A DNA stretch of 37,959 nucleotides from Patescibacteria group bacterium (GTDB taxonomy: Bacteria; Patescibacteriota; Patescibacteriia; 2-12-FULL-57-11): the NCBI GenBank assembly GCA_038054875.1, contig JBBUJK010000025.1, forward strand, positions 1 to 37,959. The letters are read 5' to 3'. Made by a program: the position numbers and the translations under genes. The notes under the pieces were generated by a model. That model was not told where the DNA came from. It made no database searches and saw only the letters and a program-made list of their open reading frames with translations. Positions 1 through 8,989 of this stretch are shown piece by piece; the first letter of the stretch is position 1; every line of letters starts with the position of its first letter.

Positions 1-1
1 C

Positions 2-877
2 GGCGGACTCGGTTTCGCTGCTTGGTGGTTCTTTGGTCGCGCACCAGCTGCACCCGCGCCTTTGGCAAACGCCAACATTAATCGTCCGGTGAACGTGAAT
101 CGGCCCGTGAACATCAACCTGAACCGGAATACCAACGTGAATGCGCCCGCGACTTCGACTCCGGCTGCGACCACGACGCCTGCGGTCACCACAAGCACTC
201 CGACCAATACGAACGCGAACCGGAATACCAACGTGAACATCCCGGCACCGACCGGTCCGGTGCGTTTGGCTGCGGACAGCGACGTCGATGGCCTGACCGA
301 CGTCGAAGAACTGCTCTATCACGCAGATCCCAACCGTCCAGATACGGACGGCGACGGCCACCTCGACGGGACTGAAGTGTTTAATCTGTATGATCCGGCC
401 GCGCCTTCTCCGGCAGAACTCGCCGCAGCCACGTCCTCGGTAAAACTTTATACGGAAGCGGGCTACTCCCTGCTCGCGCCCGTTTCCTGGCGTCGCAGTG
501 TGATCGATGCGCAGAGCCAGTCTGTGGCGTGGTTGGCTGCAAACGGGGAGTTCGTGCAGGTCTTGCTTGAGGACAACGCGGACAACCTGTCGCTCACCAA
601 CTGGTACCTGGAGCGTTCGCCCGGCGTGCCGCGCACGCAGATTCAGCCGTTCACCACGCGTTCCGGCCTTTCCGGCGTGCGCAGCCCGGACGGCTTTACG
701 AGCTATATCACTATCGCGCCCGGTCGCGTGCTCGTCCTCACCTACACGTTGGGCGGCCGCAGTGAGGCGTCGTTCCGGCGCACCTACGAGATGATGGCGA
801 ACTCTTTGCGGGCCGTGGTCACGCCTGCCGCTCCTGCGTCGACGACGCCGACGTCCACGGCGACCTCGACTCCGTAG
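2..877 (+). CDS. 5'-truncated membrane-anchored surface protein: Asn/Thr-rich linker, DxDxDG Ca-binding (TSP3-like) repeats, PsbP-like C-terminal region
   Basis: Frame is open from the window start (GGLGFAAWWFF, end of a TM helix); NRPVNVNRPVN/NRNTNVN repeats; DSDVDGLTDVEE and DTDGDGHLDGTE motifs. Confidence 0.75.
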   Translation, partial: GGLGFAAWWFFGRAPAAPAPLANANINRPVNVNRPVNINLNRNTNVNAPATSTPAATTTPAVTTSTPTNTNANRNTNVNIPAPTGPVRLAADSDVDGLTDVEELLYHADPNRPDTDGDGHLDGTEVFNLYDPAAPSPAELAAATSSVKLYTEAGYSLLAPVSWRRSVIDAQSQSVAWLAANGEFVQVLLEDNADNLSLTNWYLERSPGVPRTQIQPFTTRSGLSGVRSPDGFTSYITIAPGRVLVLTYTLGGRSEASFRRTYEMMANSLRAVVTPAAPASTTPTSTATSTP

Positions 878-882
878 CGGAT

Positions 883-1350
883 ATGTCACATACGGTAGAG
901 ATTGTGCGTCGTGTGCGCGGGGGATTGTCGGATCGTGACGTCCGTCGCGCTGTCGAGCTGACGCTGCGCACTCTGAAGCGCCGGACGCCGCAACATGTAT
1001 CCGTGACCTTTGTGGGTGATGCTGCCATGCGGGCGCTGAACAAGCGCACCCGGAAGATCGACAAGACCACGGACGTGTTGTCCTTTCCTGGGGAAGCCCC
1101 TCGACGCGCTGCGCTTGCTCGGGGAATTGTCATTCCTGGCGAGCCGCATTTTTTCGGCGACGTGGTGATCTCGCTGCCGTATGCGCGGCGCGACGCCACG
1201 CAGCTCGACATCACGCTGCAACACGAACTGTTCGACCTGCTCGTGCACGGCTTGCTGCATTGCGCCGGGCATGATCATGTAAAACCAGCCGACGCGCGCC
1301 GCATGTTCCGTCTTCAGGAATCCCTTGTTTCCCGCCTATGTTCTCGTTGA
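883..1350 (+). CDS. ybeY: rRNA maturation endoribonuclease YbeY
   Basis: TDVLSF, GDVVIS and HGLLHCAGHDH zinc motif. Confidence 0.95.
   Translation: MSHTVEIVRRVRGGLSDRDVRRAVELTLRTLKRRTPQHVSVTFVGDAAMRALNKRTRKIDKTTDVLSFPGEAPRRAALARGIVIPGEPHFFGDVVISLPYARRDATQLDITLQHELFDLLVHGLLHCAGHDHVKPADARRMFRLQESLVSRLCSR
1096..1129. repeat. Intragenic palindromic element in ybeY
   Basis: GCCCCTCGACGCG-ctgcgctt-GCTCGGGGAATTG; both 13-nt arms are identical to those at 7728-7753 in pyk. Confidence 0.75.
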
Positions 1351-1709
1351 AGACCCTGGGGAAAAGTTTGTCCTATGCCGGTCGCGGCATTGCTTTCGTT
1401 GCAAAAACCGAGCACAGTTTTCGGGTCCAGATCACCCTCGCGGTCCTGGCCGTGCTCCTTGGCCTGTGGCTCAGGATTCGGGCCCAGGAAATGGTCGTTG
1501 TCTTGCTTGTTGCGACGTTTGTGCTCGTGCTAGAATTGCTGAACAGCGCCGTGGAGCACATGGTCGATTTGTTCAAGCCGCGCCTCTCGCACCAGGTCGA
1601 AGTGGTCAAGAACGCCATGGCCGGTGCGGTACTCGTGGCTGCGCTCTGCGCCGCCGTCGTCGGACTCATCATTTTCGTGCCGTACCTGCAGACCGCGCTC
1701 CGCGGGTAG
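1338..1709 (+). CDS. dgkA: Diacylglycerol/undecaprenol kinase (DgkA family)
   Basis: LELLNSAVEHMVD motif, three TM segments, usual position after ybeY. Confidence 0.9.
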   Translation: MFSLKTLGKSLSYAGRGIAFVAKTEHSFRVQITLAVLAVLLGLWLRIRAQEMVVVLLVATFVLVLELLNSAVEHMVDLFKPRLSHQVEVVKNAMAGAVLVAALCAAVVGLIIFVPYLQTALRG

Positions 1710-1714
1710 TCCCT

Positions 1715-2971
1715 ATGGCCGAGAACTTCATCACCGGACTCGACATCGGCTCCACTGCGGTACGTATCGCGGTTGGTCAGCGCGCTGCCGAGGGCGCCAA
1801 GGCCGGGCTGCACATCATTGGTGCCGCCGAAGTGCCGGCCGAAGGCATCAACAAAGGCGTCGTGACCTCCATCGAGGACGCCGTCTCTTCTGTCTCGGCC
1901 TGCCTGGAGCGCGCCGAGCGCATGGTCGGTTTTGAAATTGAACGCGTCTGGGTGGGTATTTCCGGCAGTCATGTGCTGTCCCAGTCTTCGAAGGGCGTGA
2001 TTGGCGTGTCCCGGCCGGACGGAGAAATCCGGGATGAGGACGCCGAGCGCGCCATTGAAGCGGCCCGGACCGTGGCGAGCCCTGCCAACTACGAGATTTT
2101 GCACGTTATTCCAAAGAGTTTCACGGTCGACGGCCAGACCGGCATCAAAGATCCGGTTGGCATGAGCGGCATCCGGCTCGAAGTCGACGCTGAAATCGTC
2201 CAGGGGCTGACCAGCCAGATCAAGAACATCACCAAGTGCGTCTACCGCACCGGCCTCGAAATCGAGGACCTGGTGCTTTCCGTGCTTGCCACGGCCGAAG
2301 CAGTCGTCACCCCTCGCCAGAAGGAGCTGGGCGTCGCCGTCGTGAACATCGGCGGTTCCACCACAAGCGTCATTGTCTTTGAAGAAGGCGACGTGCTGCA
2401 CACGATCGTGCTGCCGATCGGCTCAGAACATGTCACTTCGGACATTGCCATCGGGTTGCGTACGTCGATCGACATCGCCGAATCGCTGAAGATCCGCTAC
2501 GGCACGGCCGTTCCCAAAGAAGTCGGCCGCCGCGACGATGTCGACCTCAAGGAGTTCGGCTCGGCGGACAGTGAAACCGTCAGCCGCAAGTATGTGGCGG
2601 AGATCATCGAAGCCCGCGCCGAAGAAATTTTCGAGAAAGTGGACAAGGAACTGAAGCGCGTCGGTCGCAGCGGACTTCTGCCCGCGGGGATCATCCTGAC
2701 GGGCGGGGGAGCTAAGCTGCCTGGTGTTGTTGAAGTTGCCAAGCGGAAACTCCGCTTGCCGATCCAGATGGGACTGCCGATTGGCGTCACCTCCATCACC
2801 GATCGTGTCAATGACTTGGCGTTTTCCACGGCGATCGGGCTCGTGGTCTGGGGCTCGCACTTCCAGGACACGCGGAAAACAAAGGGCTTTGGCAGGGTGA
2901 TGGGGAATGTCGCGGCCGTTTCAACGCTCACCAAATCGATGAAAAAGTGGTTCGGGCATTTGTTGCCTTGA
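1715..2971 (+). CDS. ftsA: Cell division protein FtsA
   Basis: ITGLDIGSTAV, VNIGGSTT and ILTGGGAKL actin-like ATPase motifs; start moved to ATG 1715, after the dgkA stop. Confidence 0.97.
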   Translation: MAENFITGLDIGSTAVRIAVGQRAAEGAKAGLHIIGAAEVPAEGINKGVVTSIEDAVSSVSACLERAERMVGFEIERVWVGISGSHVLSQSSKGVIGVSRPDGEIRDEDAERAIEAARTVASPANYEILHVIPKSFTVDGQTGIKDPVGMSGIRLEVDAEIVQGLTSQIKNITKCVYRTGLEIEDLVLSVLATAEAVVTPRQKELGVAVVNIGGSTTSVIVFEEGDVLHTIVLPIGSEHVTSDIAIGLRTSIDIAESLKIRYGTAVPKEVGRRDDVDLKEFGSADSETVSRKYVAEIIEARAEEIFEKVDKELKRVGRSGLLPAGIILTGGGAKLPGVVEVAKRKLRLPIQMGLPIGVTSITDRVNDLAFSTAIGLVVWGSHFQDTRKTKGFGRVMGNVAAVSTLTKSMKKWFGHLLP

Positions 2972-3089
2972 ACGCTGCTTGACGGCGTCTGATATACGCT
3001 CGTACAGTATGGGCGTCGGGAGGAAAAACCGCAGAAGAGAGGCGAAAATCGAACACAAATAGTGTTCAATCATCGTTGCGCTTCCAGGT

Positions 3090-4400
3090 ATGCCTGAGGT
3101 GAAACCAGACATCGAAACATTCGCCAAGATCAAAGTGGTTGGCGTTGGCGGTTCCGGCGGCAGTGCCGTCAATCGCATGATCGCCTCCAAGATCAAAGGC
3201 GTGGAGTTCGTCGCCATCAACACCGACGTCCAGGCGCTGCACTACAACCATGCGCCGGTGAAGTTGCATATTGGCAAAACCGTCACGCGCGGGCTTGGCG
3301 CCGGCATGGATCCGGAGTTGGGGCGCAAAGCCGCGGAAGAAAGCCAGAACGAAATCCGCGAGCTCTTGAAGGGCGCGGACATGGTGTTCATCACCTGCGG
3401 GCTGGGCGGCGGCACGGGTTCTGGTGCAGGTCCGTTCGTGGCCGAGATCGCCCGCGACATGGGCGCACTCACGGTCGCGGTGGTCACCAAACCGTTTGCT
3501 TTCGAAGGCGCGCAGCGCAGGGAAATCGCCGACCAGGCCTACAACGACCTGGCCGAGCGCGTCGACACCATCATCACGATTCCGAACGACCGGGTGCTGC
3601 AGATTATCGACAAGAAGACGTCGCTGTTGGACGCCTTCCAAATTGTAGATGACGTGCTGCGTCAGGGCGTGCAGGGCATTTCTGAATTGATCACAGTGCC
3701 GGGCATCATCAACGTCGACTTTGCGGACGTCAAAGCCATCATGTCCTCCCAGGGCACGGCGCTCATGGGCATCGGACATGGCAGCGGGGAGACCCGCGCC
3801 GTTGACGCCGCCAAGTCCGCCGTGGATTCACCGCTCCTTGAAGTGTCGATCGACGGTGCACGCGGCATCCTCTTCTTGATCACCGGCGGCCCAAGCATGG
3901 GCATGCACGAAGTTTCCGAGGCCGCGAAGATCATCACCGGCTCGGCTGATCCGGGCGCCAAGGTCATTTTCGGCGCCGTGATCGACGAATCGCTCAAAGA
4001 AGACATGCGCATCACGGTCATTGCCACGGGTTTTGAAGACAAGCCCCGCGTGTCGACCCCAAGCATCAAAACCGGCGTTGCTGGCGGCACCTACATGCCG
4101 ACGAATTTCATGAAGGCCAAAGATATTGCCCCGGCACCGCTTGCCGCGAGCGATGGGCGCGCCAGCAGCATGTTTACGGCTTCGGCATACCGGGCGCAGC
4201 AACAGGCGCCACAACCGCAGCAGGCGCCGCCCCCTCTGCAAAGCCCCGCACCAGAACCCGAACCCACGCCGCAGGAAGAGCGCCAGTTCAGCTCCAAGAA
4301 GCTGGTCGAAGAGCGCACGGCATTCACGAGCAAGGGTGCCGACGGCTCAGACGAGGAAGATTTGGAAATACCCGCGTTCATCAGGAAGAAGATGATGTAA
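3090..4400 (+). CDS. ftsZ: Cell division protein FtsZ
   Basis: GLGGGTGSG tubulin signature, NVDFAD, C-terminal [10 protein letters not shown]. Confidence 0.99.
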   Translation: MPEVKPDIETFAKIKVVGVGGSGGSAVNRMIASKIKGVEFVAINTDVQALHYNHAPVKLHIGKTVTRGLGAGMDPELGRKAAEESQNEIRELLKGADMVFITCGLGGGTGSGAGPFVAEIARDMGALTVAVVTKPFAFEGAQRREIADQAYNDLAERVDTIITIPNDRVLQIIDKKTSLLDAFQIVDDVLRQGVQGISELITVPGIINVDFADVKAIMSSQGTALMGIGHGSGETRAVDAAKSAVDSPLLEVSIDGARGILFLITGGPSMGMHEVSEAAKIITGSADPGAKVIFGAVIDESLKEDMRITVIATGFEDKPRVSTPSIKTGVAGGTYMPTNFMKAKDIAPAPLAASDGRASSMFTASAYRAQQQAPQPQQAPPPLQSPAPEPEPTPQEERQFSSKKLVEERTAFTSKGADGSDEEDLEIPAFIRKKMM

Positions 4401-4409
4401 ACCCAGCTG

Positions 4410-4437
4410 CCCCGCCGTTACGAACGGCGGGGTTTTT
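4410..4437 (+). terminator. Intrinsic terminator after ftsZ
   Basis: CCCCGCCGTT-ACG-AACGGCGGGG followed by TTTTT. Confidence 0.85.
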
Positions 4438-4573
4438 GGTACAGAGCAACGACCGCGCTGCTTGCCTCTTTCCTGTTGTCGTAGTATGTTTTTGCGTTGG
4501 TGAAGCAAAAAAGAGAGAAATTGCTCACCAGACCGTGTGCGGAGGTACCGTACACGTGCAAAAGAGGAAAATC

Positions 4574-5188
4574 ATGCACTTTGCAGACGATTGGCCGGGC
4601 GGCCTGCCCGTCGTTCTTCTCGACCTTTCTGACGAAGTTCCAGAAAGGTTCTACCTGTGCTGCGTCGGACGGGTCATCCGTTCAGGCGACGAACGGGCGA
4701 CCGAGGTCGCTGTCGAAAGGATGTCCAGGAAGGAATCCCGCCAGGCTCTTTTGGGTCTTGCCGGGTTCCTCGCTGAGTTGATCGACCATGGCGGTTGCAC
4801 AGCCCAGAATGAAGAGGGGCCCCGCGCCTTGATTGCCGCATTGGCGGTTGCCGAGGCACGTGACGACCTGGCCAGCATGGAATCGCTCTTGCACACGGCG
4901 GTCAAGCAAAATCCTGTGCTCAGAGAAGCCCTTTCTCGGCTGCGGTGTGAGGTGGACGACGCGATCACCCTGACGGAGGAGCGCATCGCGTATCGAGGGG
5001 TGAGTGAGTCCATGATGACCCTGATCACGGGAGCAACGCTCGAACAGTTGAGCGAATGTCTCTCGCCGTGGTTGCGGTGGATCGCTCCAATGGCGATCAA
5101 CTCGTGGTGGCTTGCCCCCGTCCATCTCCGCTTGATGGGAGCGACCAGGAGCGTACGCGAGGAGGTCGCTCGCGGTCTCTCGAAGTGA
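4574..5188 (+). CDS. Hypothetical protein
   Basis: AGAGGA SD before ATG 4574; ORF fills the gap between ftsZ and nrdR and has its own terminator; no recognisable motif. Confidence 0.6.
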   Translation: MHFADDWPGGLPVVLLDLSDEVPERFYLCCVGRVIRSGDERATEVAVERMSRKESRQALLGLAGFLAELIDHGGCTAQNEEGPRALIAALAVAEARDDLASMESLLHTAVKQNPVLREALSRLRCEVDDAITLTEERIAYRGVSESMMTLITGATLEQLSECLSPWLRWIAPMAINSWWLAPVHLRLMGATRSVREEVARGLSK

Positions 5189-5207
5189 GACTACCGAGAG
5201 GTCGGTC

Positions 5208-5240
5208 GGGGCTGTGACGTGACGTCGCAGCCTCTTTTTT
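5208..5240 (+). terminator. Intrinsic terminator
   Basis: GGGGCTGTGACG...CGTCGCAGCCTC hairpin followed by T6. Confidence 0.75.
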
Positions 5241-5294
5241 ATGTCGATCGTTCTGTTTTTTGAGGGCACATGCATGCTACACTGGAACGGCATT

Positions 5295-5813
5295 ATGCAC
5301 TGTCCGGTCTGCAATTCCGCGGAAACCAAGGTCGTTGATTCCCGCATGTCCGGGGATGGCATGAACATCCGCCGGCGGCGCGAATGCGAACGCTGCGGCC
5401 ATCGTTTTTCGACGTTGGAGTCATTGGAAATTCTGGAGCTTGCGGTCGTGAAGCGCGACGGCAGCCGCCAGCCGTACAGCCGCGAGAAGCTCGAGGCCGG
5501 CCTGCGCCGGGCGCTCGAGAAGCGGCCGATCACCGCCGACGACTTCCACAAGCTCGTGAACCTGATCGAGCGCGACATCCAAAAACTCAAGCGCGACGAG
5601 GTCACGAGCAAGGAGATCGGCGAGATTGTCATGCATCGGCTGCAGCAGTTCGACAAGATCGCCTACATCCGGTTTGCCTCGGTCTACCGTTCCTTTGAAG
5701 ACGTGAAGACGTTTGAGCGTGAATTGAAACGGCTGATGGCACCCGCTCGCCCTGAGCGGAAGTCGAAGGGCAAGGGTCGCGCCGCCAAGAAGAAACGTCC
5801 GTATGCGCGTTGA
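5295..5813 (+). CDS. nrdR: Transcriptional repressor NrdR
   Basis: MHCPVC, VVDSR, IRRRREC..C zinc ribbon, ATP cone, AYIRFASVY. Confidence 0.97.
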   Translation: MHCPVCNSAETKVVDSRMSGDGMNIRRRRECERCGHRFSTLESLEILELAVVKRDGSRQPYSREKLEAGLRRALEKRPITADDFHKLVNLIERDIQKLKRDEVTSKEIGEIVMHRLQQFDKIAYIRFASVYRSFEDVKTFERELKRLMAPARPERKSKGKGRAAKKKRPYAR

Positions 5814-6084
5814 TCGCCAGAACACGCTCGAGGACAAGCTCGAGGAGATTCTCAAAAGCTCCCAAGCCGCGCAAAAGGCCGCCGAGTCCGCCAACGGCTA
5901 TCTGTTTTGGATGAACGTCGGTTTTTACGCGCGCATCGTCGTGCAGATTGCCATGATCGTCGGGTTCGTCATCTTCGGCTGGTACATCGTGGGCGAAGTG
6001 AGAAAACTTTCGAAACAGATTCCGCAGTACATCGCGAACATCAACATCCCGATCGACGTTTCCGTCAACCTTCCCACACCCTAA
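5803..6084 (+). CDS. Small single-TM hypothetical protein
   Basis: Overlaps the nrdR stop and ends 1 nt before the htrA start; central hydrophobic segment. Confidence 0.7.
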   Translation: MRVDRQNTLEDKLEEILKSSQAAQKAAESANGYLFWMNVGFYARIVVQIAMIVGFVIFGWYIVGEVRKLSKQIPQYIANINIPIDVSVNLPTP

Positions 6085-6085
6085 T

Positions 6086-7327
6086 ATGTTCCAGGACCGT
6101 CCTGTCCGCGTTGCAATCATCACTGCTGTCATCGTCTCCTTTTTTGTGGGGGGCGTGATGGGCGGCGCCACCGGGGCCATCGTGGCTTCACGCCCCGATT
6201 TCCTGGCCGGACCGCTTCTGGCGCGTCTGGGTGGTCGTTTGCCTGCACCACCAGAAAATCCAAAACTCACCGTCATCGAAGAGTCGGAAACCATTGCCGT
6301 GGTCGACAAGGTGAATCCGGCGGTCGTTTCCATTGTCATCAGCCGCAACGTGGCACAGCCAGGCGCGGACTTTCAGCCGTTCCCGTTCGACGACTTTTTT
6401 GGCACGTTACAACCGCCGTCGGCGCCGGATGTGCCAAGCACCGGCGAGCCGCAGATGCGCGTGGTGGGCGGCGGCTCCGGATTTCTCGTTTCTTCGGACG
6501 GCATGATTGTGACGAACAAGCACGTCGTGGATGGCACGGATGCGACGTATGAAGTCGTGCTTTCCGACGGTCGGAAGTTTCCCGGCAAAGTCCTGGCGCG
6601 TGATCCGCTCTTGGACCTGGCCATCGTCAAAATCGAGGGCACGGATTTTCCCACGCTCGCGCTCGGCGACTCGGATGCGCTTAAGGTCGGACAGACGGTT
6701 GTCGCGGTCGGCAACGCGTTCTCCGAGCTTGCGAACACCGTCACCAAAGGCATCATCTCCGGCATCAACCGGCGCATTGTGGCCGGCGGGATCGGGGGGA
6801 GCGAAGTGATCGAGGAAGCAATTCAGACAGACGCCGCCATCAATCCTGGTAATTCCGGTGGACCGCTCGTGAATCTGGCTGGAGAAGTCATCGGGGTCAA
6901 CGTCGCCGTGAACCGCGACGCGCAAGGCGTGGGCTTTGCCATCCCGATCAACGCCGCCAAAGACGTCATCACCTCGGTGCGCGAGAATGGTCGCATTGTT
7001 CGCCCTTGGATTGGCGTGCGCTACATCCTTATTACGCCCGAGTTCGTCAAAGCCAAGAATCTCACGGTCAACCACGGCGCGCTCGTGGTGCGCGGTGACA
7101 CGCCTACCGACCTCGCTGTTATTCCAGGCAGCCCGGCAGATACGGCCGGCATCAAAGAGAACGACATTATTTTGTCCGTCGACGGCAAGGACATCACCGA
7201 GGCGCATTCCTTGGCCGTGCGTATTCGCGGAAAAAAATCCGGCGATCAGGTAACACTCATCGTTTCTTCCCAAGGTAAAGAACGCCCGGTGGTATTGACC
7301 CTCGGCGAACTCAAGTCACAAGAATAA
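6086..7327 (+). CDS. htrA: HtrA/DegP-family serine protease with PDZ domain
   Basis: N-terminal TM; TNKHVV, DLAIVKI and AINPGNSGGPL give an intact triad; C-terminal PDZ. Confidence 0.93.
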   Translation: MFQDRPVRVAIITAVIVSFFVGGVMGGATGAIVASRPDFLAGPLLARLGGRLPAPPENPKLTVIEESETIAVVDKVNPAVVSIVISRNVAQPGADFQPFPFDDFFGTLQPPSAPDVPSTGEPQMRVVGGGSGFLVSSDGMIVTNKHVVDGTDATYEVVLSDGRKFPGKVLARDPLLDLAIVKIEGTDFPTLALGDSDALKVGQTVVAVGNAFSELANTVTKGIISGINRRIVAGGIGGSEVIEEAIQTDAAINPGNSGGPLVNLAGEVIGVNVAVNRDAQGVGFAIPINAAKDVITSVRENGRIVRPWIGVRYILITPEFVKAKNLTVNHGALVVRGDTPTDLAVIPGSPADTAGIKENDIILSVDGKDITEAHSLAVRIRGKKSGDQVTLIVSSQGKERPVVLTLGELKSQE

Positions 7328-7331
7328 GAAT

Positions 7332-7420
7332 GTCATCCTGAACGGCAGTGAAGGATCCTGCCAGTTCTTGCAAGAACCCTAATAAGACACGGAGAGATTC
7401 TTCGCTCCGCTCAGAATGAC
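7332..7420. repeat. Inverted doublet of GTCAT-tagged REP-like palindromes
   Basis: GTCATCCTGAACGGCAGTGAAGGATC (7332-7357) and, on the minus strand, GTCATTCTGAGCGGAGCGAAGAATC (7396-7420); 14-bp palindrome GTTCTTGCAAGAAC between them. Confidence 0.85.
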
Positions 7421-7429
7421 AATGCTCAT

Positions 7430-8887
7430 ATGAAACGCACCAAGATTGTTTGTACCATCGGCCCGGCCAGCAAAAAGCCGGCCATGCTCGAGAAGATGAT
7501 CAAGGCGGGCATGAACATGGCGCGGCTCAACTTCAGCCACGGCACGCACGCCGACCATGCGCGGCTGATGAAGCGCGTGCTGCAGGCCGCCAAAAAGGCG
7601 GGGACAACGGTCGCCATTCTCCAGGACCTCCAGGGTCCGAAGATCCGGGTGGGCGACTTGTCCAAGGAAGGCGTAAAGCTCGTGAACGGCAGCGAGGTGA
7701 TTTTTACGACGGCTTCTGTTCAAGGTCGCCCCTCGACGCGGCTCGGGGAATTGAGAATTCCGGTCGGCTACAAAAAGCTGCATCAGGATGTGAAGCCCGG
7801 TGATCGGCTGCTCTTGGACGACGGTCTGCTTGAAGTCATGGTCCAGAAGGTCAGCGGGCGCGATATTGTCTGCCATGTGGTGACCGGCGGCATGCTGACC
7901 TCGCACAAAGGCATGAACTTCCCCACGGCGACGCTGTCCATCCCTGCTCTGACCCCCAAAGACAAGGCCGACGTGGCCTTTGGCGTGCGCGCCGGCGTCG
8001 ACTACGTCGCGCTGTCCTTTGTGCGCTCGGCCAAGGACGTCATGCAGCTGCGTGCCCTGATCGCCAAGGAAGAAAAGAAGGCCCGCATCAAGCGCGACGC
8101 GCCGATCATGATCATTTCCAAGATCGAAAAGCCCCAGGCGCTCGATAACTTCGACGAAATTCTCGACGCCTCCGACGCCATCATGGTGGCGCGCGGCGAC
8201 CTGGGCGTTGAAACCCCGGCCGCGGACGTGCCGGTCCATCAGAAGCGCATGATCGAGAAGTGCCTGACGGCCGGAAAGCCCGTGATCGTGGCCACCCAGA
8301 TGCTCGACTCCATGATTAGGAATCCGCGCCCGACGCGCGCCGAAGTTTCGGATATCGCCAATGCCGTCATCGACCATACCGACGCCGTGATGCTGTCCGG
8401 CGAAACCGCCACCGGCGCCTTCCCGCTCCAGGCGGTGAAGATCATGGCCGAGACGGCCGAGGAAACCGAGAAGTCCCGCTACGACGACGTGCGCATCGAC
8501 ATCGTCGGCGTGGAGCCGACCGAGGCCCGGGAAGCGATCTCGAAGAGTGCCGCAGTCATGGCCCGCATGACGCCGGCCTGCGCGATTCTCTCCGTCTCCG
8601 TCTCCGGCCGCATGGGCCGCCGCCTCAGTCGCTTCCGCCCGGAAATCCCGATCGTGGTCGGCGCCTTCAGCCCCCGCGTCGCCCGGCAGCTGGCCCTCTC
8701 CTGGGGCGTGACGCCGATCCTGCTCACGCCAACCAAGGACGCGACCCGCGCCAAGAAGCAGCTTCTGAAAGAAGCCATGAAGCGCAAGCTCTGCAAAAAG
8801 GGGAATGACCTGTTGTTCGTGATGGGCTCGGTCGAGCGCGACGCCATGGGTCCGAACCGGTTGTCGCTGGAATTGTTCCGGGGGTAG
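7430..8887 (+). CDS. pyk: Pyruvate kinase
   Basis: RTKIVCTIGP, ARLNFSHG, DLQGPKIR, MVARGDLG, ATQMLDSM, MLSGETA. Confidence 0.98.
   Translation: MKRTKIVCTIGPASKKPAMLEKMIKAGMNMARLNFSHGTHADHARLMKRVLQAAKKAGTTVAILQDLQGPKIRVGDLSKEGVKLVNGSEVIFTTASVQGRPSTRLGELRIPVGYKKLHQDVKPGDRLLLDDGLLEVMVQKVSGRDIVCHVVTGGMLTSHKGMNFPTATLSIPALTPKDKADVAFGVRAGVDYVALSFVRSAKDVMQLRALIAKEEKKARIKRDAPIMIISKIEKPQALDNFDEILDASDAIMVARGDLGVETPAADVPVHQKRMIEKCLTAGKPVIVATQMLDSMIRNPRPTRAEVSDIANAVIDHTDAVMLSGETATGAFPLQAVKIMAETAEETEKSRYDDVRIDIVGVEPTEAREAISKSAAVMARMTPACAILSVSVSGRMGRRLSRFRPEIPIVVGAFSPRVARQLALSWGVTPILLTPTKDATRAKKQLLKEAMKRKLCKKGNDLLFVMGSVERDAMGPNRLSLELFRG
7728..7753. repeat. Intragenic palindromic element in pyk
   Basis: GCCCCTCGACGCG-GCTCGGGGAATTG, read as RPSTRLGEL; matches the ybeY element. 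Confidence 0.75.
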
Positions 8888-8902
8888 GATCAACAACGTC
8901 GC

Positions 8903-8979
8903 GTAGGGGCGCACCTATGCGTGCGCCCCGGTCCGTTGCCGGTCGGTCGATCGGGGCAGACGCATAGGTCTGCCCCTAC
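8903..8979. repeat. GTAG-type REP inverted doublet (REPIN-like)
   Basis: GTAGGGGCGCACCTATGCGTGCGCCC ... GGGCAGACGCATAGGTCTGCCCCTAC. Confidence 0.85.
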
Positions 8980-8989
8980 ACCGATGTTT

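Noticed and set aside
62-240. Short direct repeats (AACCGGAATACCAACGTGAA twice) as a possible CRISPR or DNA repeat
   Set aside because: Explained by Asn-rich peptide repeats in a coding linker; no regular repeat-spacer period.
1325-1714. 130-aa N-terminal extension of FtsA in the ORF track
   Set aside because: It overlaps dgkA in another frame; FtsA homology begins at ATG 1715.
883-4400. ftsA-ftsZ located outside a dcw cluster
   Set aside because: A split dcw cluster is common in reduced genomes; no evidence of novelty.
7379-8914. Long antisense ORFs opposite pyk, and likewise opposite ftsA, ftsZ, S66 and the 24-28 kb genes
   Set aside because: Shadow ORFs expected from high-GC codon bias; no motifs.
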